This document shows, one piece after another, positions 40,792 to 55,242 of a DNA stretch of 64,000 bases (positions are counted from its first letter, which is position 1; every line of letters starts with the position of its first letter). Below the pieces are notes generated by a model. The model had not been told where the DNA came from, searched no databases, and worked only from the letters and a program-made list of their open reading frames with translations. A program made the position numbers and the translations under genes. This DNA is from Chrysomallon squamiferum. Taxonomy: Eukaryota; Animalia; Mollusca. The DNA is taken from NCBI GenBank assembly GCA_012295275.1, contig CM022669.1, positions 10,974,001 through 11,038,000 of the forward strand. Reading direction: 5' to 3'.

Positions 40792-40905
40792 CTTTTTTCT
40801 GGGACATCAAAACTGTTGTTATCATCATCAGGTGCTGATCTTTTCCTGTCATTGTCTTCAGCCTTGACAGGGTCCTGTTCAGATGAAGAACCTTTATCCT
40901 CAGCA
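40792..40905 (-). CDS. GATAD2: GATAD2 coding exon 2 (114 nt, phase 2-2): (C)AEDKGSSSEQDPVKAEDNDRKRSAPDDDNNSFDVPEK(R)
   Basis: Acceptor ttatcacag|T and donor AG|gtgcct; open frame joins in phase to both neighbours (TG|T=Cys, AG|G=Arg); acidic composition matches the N-terminal part of the large exon. Confidence 0.85.
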
Positions 40906-42823
40906 CTGTGATAAATAATGGAAAAAAATATGTATGAATAAACAAATGTATGTAAACATATATATATATAAGCAAAGTCAACTGTGTTGTTCTGTCATGA
41001 ACATTATTATATTATTAAAACTAACATTGTCTGTACCAAAATTAATTTTGAAATAATCCCTTTTTTTATATTCATTTTTAGCCATAGTATGTAAATATTA
41101 CATAAAACATACACAACTAGATGGATGATTGTATTATTGGGAGCTATAGTAAGTTTTCATATGCAAAATCAAACTTAACTTTACAAATCATACAAAAACA
41201 AAAACAACGAAAAATAAAAATAAAATTATTTTCCTTGTCCAGTATCTAACAGTATGTGTGTTCCACAGAAATCATCCGATAGCAAAATTCAGGTTCAATA
41301 TATTTTATCAGATTTAAGATCATAAAAAAAGATGTCCAGACACAACTCTCTTAATGACCAAATTCCATTCCTAAGACAAGGTCGTTAAGCAAACTGGTCA
41401 ATAAATGAAAAGTCCCCTCTTACTAATATTTCAAGTATACTGCACTGGTAGAAGACGTATACATTACTTAGGTCTGGATTCTGTAAATAGATGTTACCAT
41501 TTTTATTTATTCTGAATAAAGAAAGGGTCTAAAGGAAAGTTCTACTTGATAATTTGGTTTTAATTTGCATATTACAGAACATAAAAGTAAAATCAACAAA
41601 AATTATTGTAGCTTGTACTATCAGATGCACAATTAAGTACAAATTTATAGACAAAATATGTAATCTTGGAGACTGCTAATGTAGTGAAAGACTGTCAAAT
41701 GAGAATGGGTAATGCAAAATCAGATTCTTAACACTATATTAGTGCTATTTCCACTACCAAATTTCTTGTACCATGTACAATATAACTTGGTCATAAGTGT
41801 ACATACTTGTTAACATACAGGTCATTGAATAAAGTGTGTCTGTGTGTCACAAGAGGCAATACATACTGACCATTCAACTTTAACCAAAAATTTAACCAAA
41901 AAAATAGTTATAGAATAATGTGAAGAAGATTTCTTTCTGTTTTCACTTCACACAGGCAAGTACTTTGCAAACTGGAATGAATTCACCAGATATTTTGTTT
42001 GTACACAAAATAATGCCAGTGAAATAATAAAGAAAACAACAAAAACATTTGATCCAGGTAACACACAAATTATTAAACACTAACGCCATTCTCTTTTCAA
42101 GTTGATGTTATCTAAGAGTGAACTGTTAACTGTTTCTGTTTAAAAAAAACAACAAAACAATGAGTTTGATTCAGCTGTCATTTTCATACTTATTAAACAA
42201 TGTTAATAAATACCACCAGTTATTGTACCTGGTATCTTATGATGAATCAGAGACCCACCTGAAGTTATACAAAAACCTGTTTCTTTAAACTTATTTCAAG
42301 AAAGAAATGACTGAATATTTACATAAAAGAAAAAAAATTCAGAGAAAAAAAAACGAATTTGTGTACAAAGTTGATTTTTAGAATGTGAAACATCTCTTAA
42401 ATTCAGAATCCTTACTACATTTACATATGAAGTGATTTTCAAATAGTGAAAAAAACAATCTACAAAAATGTTATAATAATAACAATCTGTCCCGATATAA
42501 TAATAATAAAAAAATAAAAAATTATGAAGAAAAACAATATGTTCTTAAACTATGATCGAAAACAACATGTAGATAGATCTTAAATTAACCTTCAGACAAA
42601 CGGACAAATTTTTCTGAAAAATGACACTGAGGAGATTCAATCATCCAACTTTCACTGAAAAAAGTGTTACAGAAAGTGTCTGTGATATCTGTGCAAATAT
42701 AATTTAATATAAATTAATTCACACTTTCACGATCCTTTACAACAGCTAAAAGTTGTTTCAGGTTTATATACATGTATTGAAAAAAAGTAGTTCACTAAAA
42801 CTATCACTATCAGAAAATCTCAC

Positions 42824-42867
42824 CAAGGACTGCACTCCTTCGTTTCAGTTTCACTTTTGTCATCCAT
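42824..42867 (-). CDS. GATAD2: GATAD2 first coding exon (exon 42873-42824; ATG at 42867): MDDKSETETKECSP(C)
   Basis: Acceptor attttcag|TAAATAATGG, donor TG|gtgaga, phase 2 compatible with the next exon; an in-frame TAA two codons upstream of the ATG marks it as the start. Total CDS 1932 nt = 643 aa + stop. Confidence 0.8.
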
Positions 42868-44473
42868 TATTTACTGAAAATAAATAAAATTTTAAAATAT
42901 TAGACAATATTTTAAATATGTGCACATCAAATACAACTGTATTCTTAAGTCTCATACTTCAAAACATCTGTCAGATTTAAACTATAATATGTAAATGATA
43001 ACCTACTGCAACAAATCACAGGGTTTCTGTTATTTAAGGTAAGGGCTTGTTTATATTTAATAAATATTTTCAAAATAGTTGGCCAATTTTCAGTTTGAAA
43101 ACAACACCATAATAATTAAAAAAAAAATTGTTATTTCGTTTTTGTAATGAACTTTAAAACTTTTTTAAAATGAAGTATTTGTTTTAATAGAAAGTTTATT
43201 TAACATTTTACTATTACATAATGTATAAGAATTGTTATTAAATGGCATTATGGCACTTTTAGGTTTATTAGTTGTTGTTTTTTTCTTTCTGAATGTTGTT
43301 TGGGTTCTTTTTATTGGGGGGGGGCGAAAGGTCCCCTTCACACGGACTTTTCAAGTATTTAATCAGAGTAAATTTGTTTCAGTGAACTCATAGGAAAAAA
43401 TATATACAATAGGATATAAATAAATAAACATAATAAAATGTTAATTTAAGCCTACTTCTGTTTGTATACCAAATAAATGTTATCTATTTACATATAGAAA
43501 AATCAATTTAAATTAACATTAACAAAACAGAAAATATCAAAATATGTCTAATTAGTCACTATTTTATGTTATTAAAGTTATCCTTGATTTATTTTATTTT
43601 TTGACAAACCGTTGTCTAAGTATAACCGCTTTTTGTTGTCATTCCCCCCCCCATACCTTAATAATTATAAATTCTGACTAAGATGACTTTAATAACAAAC
43701 GAGTATAAAACATTTTTTTCACTTTAACATAATTTTATTTGATTTTTAATCGTAACTGGGAGAAATATCGTAAATTCTATGTTGAAAGGCTATCCCTACA
43801 GAAAGAAATCCCGTCATAACAACCTAAAAATAGAAATTTCAAAACGAGGCTTCATTACCAAAAGACTTATTTGACATCATAAAATTAACAGATTACATGA
43901 AAAATATTAGATAAATTAATCAAACAGATCAACACATTAGTTCGATAGTAACGCAGAGAACTACTAAACATCTTCGGTAATCAAGATTGCATTTAATAAC
44001 ATGTATTTTTCATGTAAATAGCAAAAATAGTCCAAATGTCCCGAGATCTATTGTTGCGGTAAAAATCAAAGAAGATAATCACCGAGAGGTCAACTTCCTG
44101 TTGAAAATGTACAGGCACACTGTATCACTTTTCATCATTAAATTTTAATTCAAGAACACCTACAACAAAAATACAGTTCGTACAACTTTTCTAATGTACT
44201 GTAACTTCTGATTCGATCGAGGATGACTGGGAATTTCGTTTCTAAGTTTAGACTCGCACGTTTCGGAATAGCCCATAACAGCCGGTGAAGCCTTACACGA
44301 AATTATCGAAATTTACGGTTATTTCAAAATTTAACGATCAGTTTGTAATAAATATGTGATCTTACAACACTTATTCACCATTCTGCACTATTAAATTCAT
44401 TAAAAATTATATATAATTAATTATGCACGAAATTATTTTCGACACTTTTGGCAATACATCGTGAATCACTCAC

Positions 44474-44740
44474 CATTTACAACAAAACCATTCCACTTCC
44501 CAAGTGGGTACGTCAGGTAAATATGTCCTAAGTCCACTAATACTTTGTTATAAAATTTCGAGGGCCTCTCCACAAAATAAACGACTCAATCTTGCAACAT
44601 CCTAAACAATTAGCCTCGATTCGTGCTTCCTGAAAAATCTATATTCATTGTTCCCTTCTTTCCATCATTTCCCCCCAAAATGGCTTCCTTCTGTTCATCT
44701 TCTTATCTGGGGTTCTCCCTTGGCACTCCACGGCGCAAAC
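44474..44740 (-). other. GATAD2: Probable non-coding first exon (5'UTR) of GATAD2
   Basis: Strong donor ATG|gtgagt at 44474/44473; YY1-type GCCATTTTG (44676-44684) in the leader; lies just downstream of promoter motifs, where CpG density rises. The 5' end (TSS) is an estimate. Confidence 0.55.
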
Positions 44741-44759
44741 AAACAAATTGTTTACAGAT

Positions 44760-44810
44760 AAACAATCTATAAATAGTGATTGGATTGAAATGTCACGTGA
44801 CCCTCAAAAG
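44760..44810 (-). promoter_or_regulatory. GATAD2 core/proximal promoter
   Basis: CTATAAATAG (44767-44776; TATA-like and MEF2 consensus CTA(A/T)4TAG), CCAAT box (gattgg 44778-44783) and palindromic E-box GTCACGTGAC (44792-44801, USF/MiT-TFE type) within 35 bp. Confidence 0.55.
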
Positions 44811-45513
44811 GAAACGAGCTACCGAGCATTATGAGAACAACTATTTGGTCGACTCTAAAAATAGATTTTTTTTTTTTTTTTTTTTTTCACCCGCGCATCA
44901 CCTCAGTGGTCACTTATGTCGACATACATATGTCACGGATCAGACGACATCATGCAGTGATTACGAAGACGTGTCGTATTGTTAAGAATAAAACAAAAAA
45001 AAAAAAAAAAAAATTATATACGGAAAAAAAAAATCAATATTATAATATTTTATTACGACCTGCAAGTACTTAGTAACATAGTTTATATGTCGAAGTGTCA
45101 TTACATTTATAAGAATCGATCGAATCATTCACAAACGCTGATCTTTTCCTGTCGTGTCTGATGTTGCTTTTTTCTTTTCTTAATCTTATTTTTTGTTTTA
45201 ATATATATATTACAGTTTACTTTTATTAAATAGCTTCATTTGCAGTACGCAAGTATACATTTGAAATACGATTTTAATTTGTTGAATCTAAATACTTTTT
45301 ATTTGTTATCACATTATTACTTGGTAACAGCGTATTTGCTTTATTTAAATGGAGAACAAAAATGAAAAAAAAAAATCATGCTAAATAAAATAAAATAAAA
45401 TAGAATAAACACTTTGTAAACAAATCAAAATGTCACAGAAAAAATAGAAAACAGTAAACAAATAAATAAAATATGCGTTATAACATTCTCTTGTGACATT
45501 AAGTATTCATCCA

Positions 45514-45577
<64 letters not shown>

Positions 45578-45649
45578 ATCCATTTATATTTACTGTTACA
45601 ACACATGATACTAAGTTGTTGTATAATTGCTAAATGTTTTTTTTTTTTA

Positions 45650-45693
<44 letters not shown>

Positions 45694-46082
45694 GACATTT
45701 TTGTTTTAATATCTGCATTAGAAACGTTAACAATAGAATGTTTTAAAATAAAATATAATTTGTTACACAAACAGTTACAACTTAGGACAAACTTTAGGGA
45801 ATGACGTCACTATATTAACGATGGCGGGATCTGCTACGAAACTGTTTTGTAAATTACGATGTACACATCAAAACGAAAATTCTTTAGAATTCTGGACGGA
45901 GAAAAGGCATCAGTGTGTGTATGTGTGACTTTTTGTTTTGTATATTCGTGTATATTTGTACGTGTGCACGTCTGATTAGTATAGTCCATACACCTCACAA
46001 ACGTCATTTGCCGAATGTATGACGTCACACCTCGGAGACATACAAGACAACCTATGTATGCATGGTTGTGTATTTGTATATG

Positions 46083-46123
<41 letters not shown>

Positions 46124-46887
46124 TGCAGTTAAAGATTAAAACTCAACCTAATTTACCCTATTAGACTATCAGTAACTTACAGTGTCGAGACTTACGTGCT
46201 TCAGGGTTTGTTTAGGTAATCAGGGAATGAAGATTCACAGTTGATAGCCCTTTGGGAGTTTCTCTTTTTCTTTGAATAGTCTCTGTGCAAACTTCACACA
46301 AGCTCTATGTTTCACACCTTCTGAACTGGCTAATCGTTGTTAATGATACTTAGATAAACGAATTTTTGAAGGAGTGAGTAAAAAGAGCTAGCGGCATGAT
46401 CAAAGATCAGATAACTCATTACTAATTGTTTCTTAAGTACTGTCCTTTGACACAACGTTGTGTATTTTTACTTACTTATTTACTTATTTAATTAACTACT
46501 TTATTTATTTATTTATTCATTCATTCATAGTTTGTTGATGTTTTAGTATGAAGTTTTTCCTTTGCATTTGAAAAATGGGCAGTCGACGATGAAATTAACA
46601 TTAATTATAATTACTGTATTATCATCATCATTGTTATAGCTGATGAACGCCTTCATGTGTGTTTTCCTGTGTATAGAAAGGTGTGTTTAAACGATTTATT
46701 ACTGCCACTCAGTGAGAATAACCATTGACGGCAGCAGCGTTATTTGACATTGACAACGTTTCGTGTAAATAATAAAGGTGTCGATATACTGTACATACAC
46801 TCGTTCTAATACTATTTCATTTCTGTTGTTTCTTTTTTCCCTGGTCATTATTTATTTATTTATTTTGATTTTGATTTTTATTTATTT

Positions 46888-46922
<35 letters not shown>

Positions 46923-47743
46923 TTTTTTTTTTTTTTTATTTTTTTTTGAAAACAATATTTAATGAATATATATATATTTTTAAATTAGAAGTTCATAAAT
47001 TGGTGTGTATAAACTTACATATTCCGTTTTTGATGTTTTAAACTAAGGAGGAAGAAGGACTATTATGAAAATGAAACAGATACAAGAACAAAAATAACAA
47101 CAACAACAAAAACAACAACAAAAACAACCACGACAACAATAACAAAGCAGCAGCTCACAATCGTTGAATAACCGTTTCGTGGATTACTAGTCTCATTTAT
47201 GGATCAAACAAACTTTTTCCTTTTTGTTTTTCAGTGTTCCTTTTGATGTAACTGTTTTATGTATTCTTAAAAGAACCTTATTCCACTATTATATCATAAC
47301 TGTAAAGACTTCGTACGACACATCTATGAACCTGTTGGTTATTAATGTCATGTGGATTTTTATTTTTTATGTAAAATTGTTTTTACTTTAGTTAACATTA
47401 GCTAATTTCATTTGATTTGTTTTTTAATATTTATTCCGTTTCGAACATTGAAATGTAGAAATATTCCTGAAAGACAGAGTAAATAATTGCAGCCATTGCA
47501 GTTCCTCAGTTTATAAAGAATTTTTCTTGCACTGTTTATTTATTTATTTATTTTTTTTTTTTTTTTGGAGCCCTCGACATGACGATGTCGAGAGAAATGG
47601 AACTCTGTGCGCTTGCTATTTTAATTATTATACTTTATCATTATGAAAGACTGGCCACAACTTTCAAAAAAAACAGTAACTAAGTACGTCAACAAATTGT
47701 TTCATAACGTTAAGAACCTCTTGGTATAACTGAAATGTGAATC

Positions 47744-47815
<72 letters not shown>

Positions 47816-49284
47816 TCGAACATAATATTTAAAACAAAATAAGCGAAAATACATACAGAGAAGACAGGGTATGCCATGTATGAAGCAATAAATCTTCTCT
47901 CTCACGGACTACATGTTATACGTACAAAGACGTATTTGAACACTTTAAAATAATTCATATAAAACTCTGTGGAATGATCTTTTCCAGAATTTCCACTTTT
48001 TTCTGTCAGAGTCCTTTTGGGGAGCTGCCAGGTTTTGAAGTTAAGAGAAGCGAGAAAAAAAAAAAAAAAAAAAAAAAAAAGGCGCCATGACACATACAGA
48101 ACATCTTTTAAACTCATTAGACATTCTTATTTCGTATTTAAAATCAAAACACAATTTAAACAACAACAAGAAGAGGAAAAACATAATAATAACGTAATAA
48201 TTATTATTCTAATTTTAAAGGTAAAATAAAAACAAAACGAAGCAATGTGTAAAATGTATGATGCAACTACAAGAGTCTGTTTTGTCTAGTCTTCCTTCAT
48301 TCCTGTTAATATTCATTCACTCAATATCCGTTAATTTGTTATAATTCGGTAGTCGGTTCTCTCACTTAGGAGAGCAAAGACAACGCAGCCTTTCCATTCA
48401 TTAAATAATAAAATAAAATAAAATAAAATAAAATAAAATATATAAAGAATAATACAATTTGATTTTTAGGGCATAAATGAACTTGAGCATAATTATTGTT
48501 GAAAGGGCGCCAATGTTTAAGAATGTGTTCAAGGGAAATGATTGCTCTCTTGTTCGTAACCCTTGTAGCTATGCTACTGGCTGTGTTTAAGAACATTCTA
48601 TGTATTTCGTACGATATCAAAATGTACTTCACAATATTTGTTTTCTCTCACGTTTAAATCATCAAACAGTTAATAAAATAAAATAAATATATTTTAAAAT
48701 ACTATTTTCCCTCCTTTCATTTGAAGCCTTAACAACAACAACAACAACAGCAGCAGTAATAATAAAAACGACAATAACAAAAAAAAAAAACCGAAAGATT
48801 CAATCGATAAAAAGTTAACTTACCTTCACCATTATTAATACCAGGTCATTATGACGTCATAAATGCTTGAATTGTAACGTCACCGATTCATTCCTGCATC
48901 AGTTATTATCCAAATTATTATTTATCATTTAATTTTCTTTCCTTATTTTTTTTTCTTCTGTTTAATACTTTGATATTCCATTACAATTTTTTATTTTTTT
49001 ATTTTTTTTATTTTTTTTTATTTTTTTAAATTACATTAAAAAGAAAGCGTATTCTAAATATGGATTCTGCTTTTATTTATTTTCTTTCTTTCTTTCTTTT
49101 TTATTTTTTTAAATTAATTAATTAATTAATTAATTTATTTTTATTATTATTATTATTTTATTTTTTATTATTAATATTTTTATTAATTTTTTTTTTTTTT
49201 TTTTTTGGTCATTTCATTTTTTATATCCTTGTAAGTACATTTACAATTTATTTCTTTAGGATTAATTTCCTCTCTCTCTCTCTC

Positions 49285-49402
<118 letters not shown>

Positions 49403-49732
49403 AAATTAATGTCTCTCACATATCTTTCTCCATCTATCTATAATTTATATTTTAATTTAATTTTACAAATATACAAAAAAATAAAGAAATCCCCTCAGTA
49501 GACGCGTTTTTTTTTTTTCCTTAACGAATTTGCAAGCATTAATAATCTTTTCTCAGAAATATCGTCACTACTTGAAATATCTGTATTATAATAACAAAAC
49601 AAAGGTTAAAATGACCACGAGTATTGGTAGTCCGTGCCACTTCACTAACATACAACACAAACGTTATACGTAATTACTATTAAAAAACTGTACATTGTAC
49701 TCCAGATTTTTATGCCGATAAGAATTAATGTC

Positions 49733-49768
<36 letters not shown>

Positions 49769-50150
49769 GTGTGTGTGTGTGAGTGTGTGTCGACACTGAT
49801 AACCAGATACTAATCCACTTCAGACACGTGTCTATTAGAACCAATGGTATCATACCTTTTCTCTCTACAGTTTCGGATATCTGAACTGCGTAATACTGCT
49901 TGAATGATTTGACTAACATACGATTTCCATTATTCGTTAACAATAGATGACAATAGATTATAATCAGCTACATATTTTTGTATAATCCGTATTGAATATC
50001 AAATATTATATTACGTACTGTTATATATTATTTTCATACATTTTTCTTGGCAGAGGCCATTAACGTAATTATCAAAAACTATATTACTTTATATATCTCT
50101 CCAATGAATGTTATAGCCTAGACCTTTCTGCAATTTAGAAAACTGAAATA

Positions 50151-50219
<69 letters not shown>

Positions 50220-50460
50220 GAGAGAGAGAGGGATTACTCGAGTTTAATTTCGTCCTCGGACAGTTCGACTGTTAATGGCTTGAGAAACGTGTCAGGCATT
50301 AAGATGCAAGTGGTTATGCTAATCTGTCATGGTATAAGACTCAGCATTTTGGAAGTAATGCTCTGAGCGAATAACAGAACCACGGAACTTGTGTCTTTAG
50401 TATTCATTTTATTGTTGTTTATATATTTATTTAGTTAATATATTATGTATGTATGTATGT

Positions 50461-50525
<65 letters not shown>

Positions 50526-50659
50526 TGTTTTCTTTGTTGTCGACAACGGATGGACATTAATTTCGAACGTTAATGTACAAGAGAAACAGCATCTGAAGAA
50601 ATTACGGGCTATTCTTACTTTGTTAGCAGAAGATGATTTTCTAAATATGCTTTCTCGCA

Positions 50660-50770
50660 GATAGGAAAAACAAGTCATAGCCCTTGAAGCAACAATGTGT
50701 TGATGTACTGGCTGGAATGCAAATGACCCATTGAGTGCACCGAGAAAAATGTATCTAGTTACCTAATGCA
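50660..50770 (-). mobile_element. Degenerate copy of the same old SINE family (reverse orientation)
   Basis: Reverse complement reads ...gggtcatttgcattccagccagtacatcaacac..., sharing the ttcca.ccag core with the copy at ~25810. Confidence 0.45.
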
Positions 50771-51783
50771 ATTTTCTAAAAATAATATTTACCTTTCGGT
50801 TCTGTTTAATTTTATAATAATAATAACAATATCCTTTCAGTTATTATAAATATGCTGACATTAACAAATAGAGTAGACATGAATATACGTAAATAATTGA
50901 AATTATTATTGCATATTTTTATCCTAAAATGATTTTACACCAGCAGACGTCTGTGACCTTAGATTACCAGTCAAATACGCAAAGATACATTAAATTTTTT
51001 ATGAATACACGTTCACTGACCCAAATAAACTGCATAACGCATTACGTCGTATACATAATGTGCAATTCGGATAACGCGGACTTCGGAACTTGACTGTGTT
51101 AGCCCAGTAAGGAATCATCAGCCTTGTAGTTAATATGCAGAATGAAGGACAGAAGAATTATTGTGGATTCATTTTATTTTATAACGCACGATACTGTTGA
51201 TCTCCGGTATAAACGTGAATATAACGACAGAAAATACTGTTTTAATTAATGGTATACGTACACATGTACATTACAGCGACAGGAAAATACAGTTAACTTG
51301 TGGTATATACATGTATATACTGGAAAACACTGTTTGAATGGTTTAACATAAACAGTATTTAATTTAAGCGAGATAAAAATGCTGACTGGAGCGGGAAGTG
51401 GCCCCAAAGAACCACGTATCAAGTCAAAACAGCGCGGGTGAAGTTATGTCTAACTTGTATGTTTAACTTGTATGTCTACTGCGAGACGAAACAAGACGCT
51501 CAGATTGTCAACTTTTCCCGCATACTGTTTATAGATTGAATTAAACTGCTTAATGTGATAATAGAAAACTCGAAAATTAAAAAATGTGTTTTGTGTATTA
51601 TGTAAACAAGTGTGAACGAACGTTAGTACGTGTGAGTGTGAACAAACGCGCCGAGATGCACACATGCATGTAGTCGATTCTGGTTAATTAACAGATGCGT
51701 TTATTAGTGAAAAAAACAAAACAACAACAACTAACCTGTGAAAATTACAAGAATATACTTCACTAAGTAGGGACTTGTTATCA

Positions 51784-51789
51784 TTTATT
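51784..51789 (-). terminator. Candidate distal polyadenylation signal of MAU2 (3'UTR up to ~3.4 kb)
   Basis: AATAAA on the minus strand where CpG-depleted sequence gives way to CpG-retaining intergenic DNA; alternative signals lie nearby. Confidence 0.35.
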
Positions 51790-54700
51790 TTACAATCAAA
51801 AATGATATATGTTTAAATCATAAAAACTTAATTCAGTGGACTTAATTTTAAATACTATATAATTATATTTTATAAACCAGTATTGGTTTATTTACTTTAA
51901 AAAAAAATTACAAATACAAAAACGTTAGTTTAGTTATATCTGTCATTTTATTTAAGTAACACATGTTATGTCAAATAGCATAATTTTTGTTGTTGTTAAT
52001 AAACGGTATTGTTATTGTCTACATGGATTCCTGTTACGCTGTTTACTAATACAATTCATATGCTCTGCTGGTTTGAAAATCAAGACAATACTTTTTTTAA
52101 ATACATTATGTACAGTATAAAAGATAAAACTATATATAATTAAGAATGAATTTTCTCTATAAACTTCTCAATTATTCAGAAAACATTTCTTCTACAAAAC
52201 TTTTAATTAAACCATTTACTTTGCATTATTTTAACTTGATCATTTTAATAACTGACATTGTACAAATTTATAAAAACTTCAAATTATTGTAACTTTTAAA
52301 ATATTTCTCAAAATTAACAACCAGATTCATGACAGTTTCGTAACACAACAACAACAACAACAAACACAAACAGAATCTTTACACATTCAAATTTATACAG
52401 TATAGTAATACCTTGGACTACATATCTACATGAAGAGGTCAGAGAGCATTTATAAGTTACTACTGACATGAGTGTAAGCAGGTTAGAAATGTGTGTAAAG
52501 CATAAAGTAACAAATATTTCATGTATGATCCAAAATCACAAATAATAATAAAAAAAAAAAAAAAACAACACTAAAAACATTTGTCTTGGAAATGCTTATG
52601 ATACGCCATTCTCTAATAAAAATAAAACAAAAAGAAAAATCCTGTAGAAATACACAATTAAGAATAAATAAATAAAAAAATTCACTGAAGTGTGAAGTGT
52701 TATGAATAAAGAAACAAACACACTTTTTGATTATATACAAAATGGTAATGCAGAATTTCTGAAACAAACCTATTTTAGGCCAAAAATAAGGAGAAGATCG
52801 TTTGTCTGAAAATTACTTCCATGAAAAAGAACATAAGAGATGGACAATATGTTTTAGAAAATAAATTTGTTCTTCTTTTAACTAAAATAATAATAAAAAT
52901 GACAAAGTAGTTAACATGCAACTAATAAAAATGGTGCAAAATGAACTGATTTCAGACCTCAATACTTGTTGGTCGGTTTAGTATCTTCTTTATTTAAAAG
53001 ACGAATTTAACGTTTATTTAATGCAGTGCACCCCAACCAGTGAGTCCTTAAGCCAAGTTAAAATAAATCCAAGAGCCTGCAGCGTAATATGTTTAATTAT
53101 TCATGATAAAGTTAACAAAGATAAACATCCAAAATTTTATAAAAAATACTTCTTAGTGCATATTCTGTCACATGTATCTTTCAGCTGAGTGATATAACTG
53201 GGAAAATGATGTTATTTTTTTTATTATTAATGATGAGGCAGACCTTTCAAATACCTAGAGTCTGTGGGATAATTCATTTAAATAAATAGGTTGTTTGAAA
53301 TAATGAATGTCCATTTTTCACTAAACTTGTCCTTACAAATGTTCCACTCACTTGTTTGACCTAAAAATGATTTGTGAGTGAATTCTGCATAGTGATTTAC
53401 AACAACGAAATATTAAATAAATAAATAAAAATAGATTTGACTGAATATTTAATATCGTCTCACTCTATGTTATTTATTATTTTATTATTTATGGTTTAAA
53501 TTTACAGCTATTTGATAATAGAAACTTCTAACAAAAGACATTAACAATTTGTAAACTATCTTTCAGGAACGTCCATTCAGGATTAAACTACACATATCAC
53601 TGTCAACAATGTTTTTGTAAATTCCACTAAGACATACTTTGGTTTCCTACTAAAATTAATATTAAGTTTACTACTTACGTACGTTTACTTTTTACTATAT
53701 TATCTATTATAAACCAATTGCACTTAACGCCAAGGTTTTTAACAATAATTATCATGGTAAAAATTACTCTGTTGTTCTGTGTATTATTCTACTGCACCAT
53801 TAAAAGTAAGATGCCCTATTCAACACATTATTTTAAGAGGATCCATAAGAAAATATTTTCTGAAATGTAATATCTATATTATCTTTTACAGTCAGAACCA
53901 GATAGTGTTGTATTTTCTTCTCAGTTTCTGTCATCAACAGTAAGAAATCAGATTTTAAAACTTTCCATTTCTCATGCACAAGTATTATTTTGGGTGAAAT
54001 CACTCTGTGAAGCTTCCCTTGTAATGTGCTCCATGATAAGAAATACATTTCTCTGTTTCATTGTTAGTATCCTCCAGTGTTCTTCATCTACATGGTTCTC
54101 TTTTAAACATCTAGAATAATATTCTCAAGCTACACAGTTTACCATTTACATAAACATCAAGTCACAAGGTTCTTTTCTTTCTTCCAGTTTAATATTCTCC
54201 ATATGTTGGTTCACATAATTGAATATCATACATTGAAATTCACTTATCCAGTCCAGAAGTCTTTATTTATTGTTGTTGTTGTTTTGTTCGTCTACTGGGT
54301 CACTTTTATTCAATATGAAGATAAAAATTGCAATTCCTTATTTCAGTCTAGTATCATCCATTTGTTGGTTTTACCACAATGTTTTTTTGAAGTCTCATAT
54401 TTATTGTTTAACATTCAAATATTTTGTTACTCTTCAGTAAATGGCCACAGAATTGCTGAGTCAAAAATAAATGTAGTGCTTTTGTTTTGATTGGTTTTGC
54501 TTTTTTTTTAATTTTCAGTTATAGAAATATTAAATGAGTTTACCACCATTTTAGTAAGCTCTGAATTTCATAACACAAAAACCCCCAGAACATGGCAAGT
54601 TTTGTTAGAATACAGAAAAACGTCTGTGTGAAAGAAGTGAATATGTTTCAAGTTTCTCTCACACAACTCCACACTGTGTATGTGCCATTATCATGATTTT

Positions 54701-55179
54701 CTATTCCATATGCTTCTTCAAAAACATAAAAATTCTTGGAAAATTAGCTGCAGACAAAACGAATTACAAAAGACTAAGGTTTTGGTGGGGAAGTGGTTTC
54801 AGAAATAAATTCCCTGATTTTTAAAATTCTCTTTTTACAAAAAAAATTAATAAAAACACATATATATATATATAAATAATTTTTTTTTTTTTTTTTTTTT
54901 TGACATAATATTTCATAATCTCTTTACTTTTAAATCTTGATTATTTGATAAACAAAATTAGCTTTGTCAAAATTTGAGATCTGCTGCTTCGACATAACAA
55001 CAGCTTTGTATTAACCCATTATTTAAAAAATAAAAATAAAAAAAAAAAAAAAAAATAAAATAAAAATAAAGATGAAATAGAATGATATGCCTGCAGTCCA
55101 AGTATGTTTCAGTTATTTTGAAACTGGAAGCACATGATAACCTGGTTGTGGTTCTTTACCTTGTGAACGGTACTACACA

Positions 55180-55242
55180 TCACAACATGGTGTTGCTGCT
55201 TAGTGGGGTGCTCAGGTGGAAAGGACACGGCCCATCAGTCCA
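55180..55242 (-). CDS. MAU2: MAU2 terminal coding exon: WTDGPCPFHLSTPLSSNTML*
   Basis: tttcag|TGG; conserved WTDGP motif; stop TGA at 55182-55180. Confidence 0.92.
   Translation of the reverse strand, partial: WTDGPCPFHLSTPLSSNTML

Noticed and set aside
43330-45905. 11-nt matches to conserved miRNAs (ggtccccttca ~miR-133 at ~43330; tggacggagaa ~miR-184 at ~45893; also ctaagtactag ~miR-252 at ~22537)
   Set aside because: The matches do not extend over the mature sequence and no complementary hairpin arm is evident.
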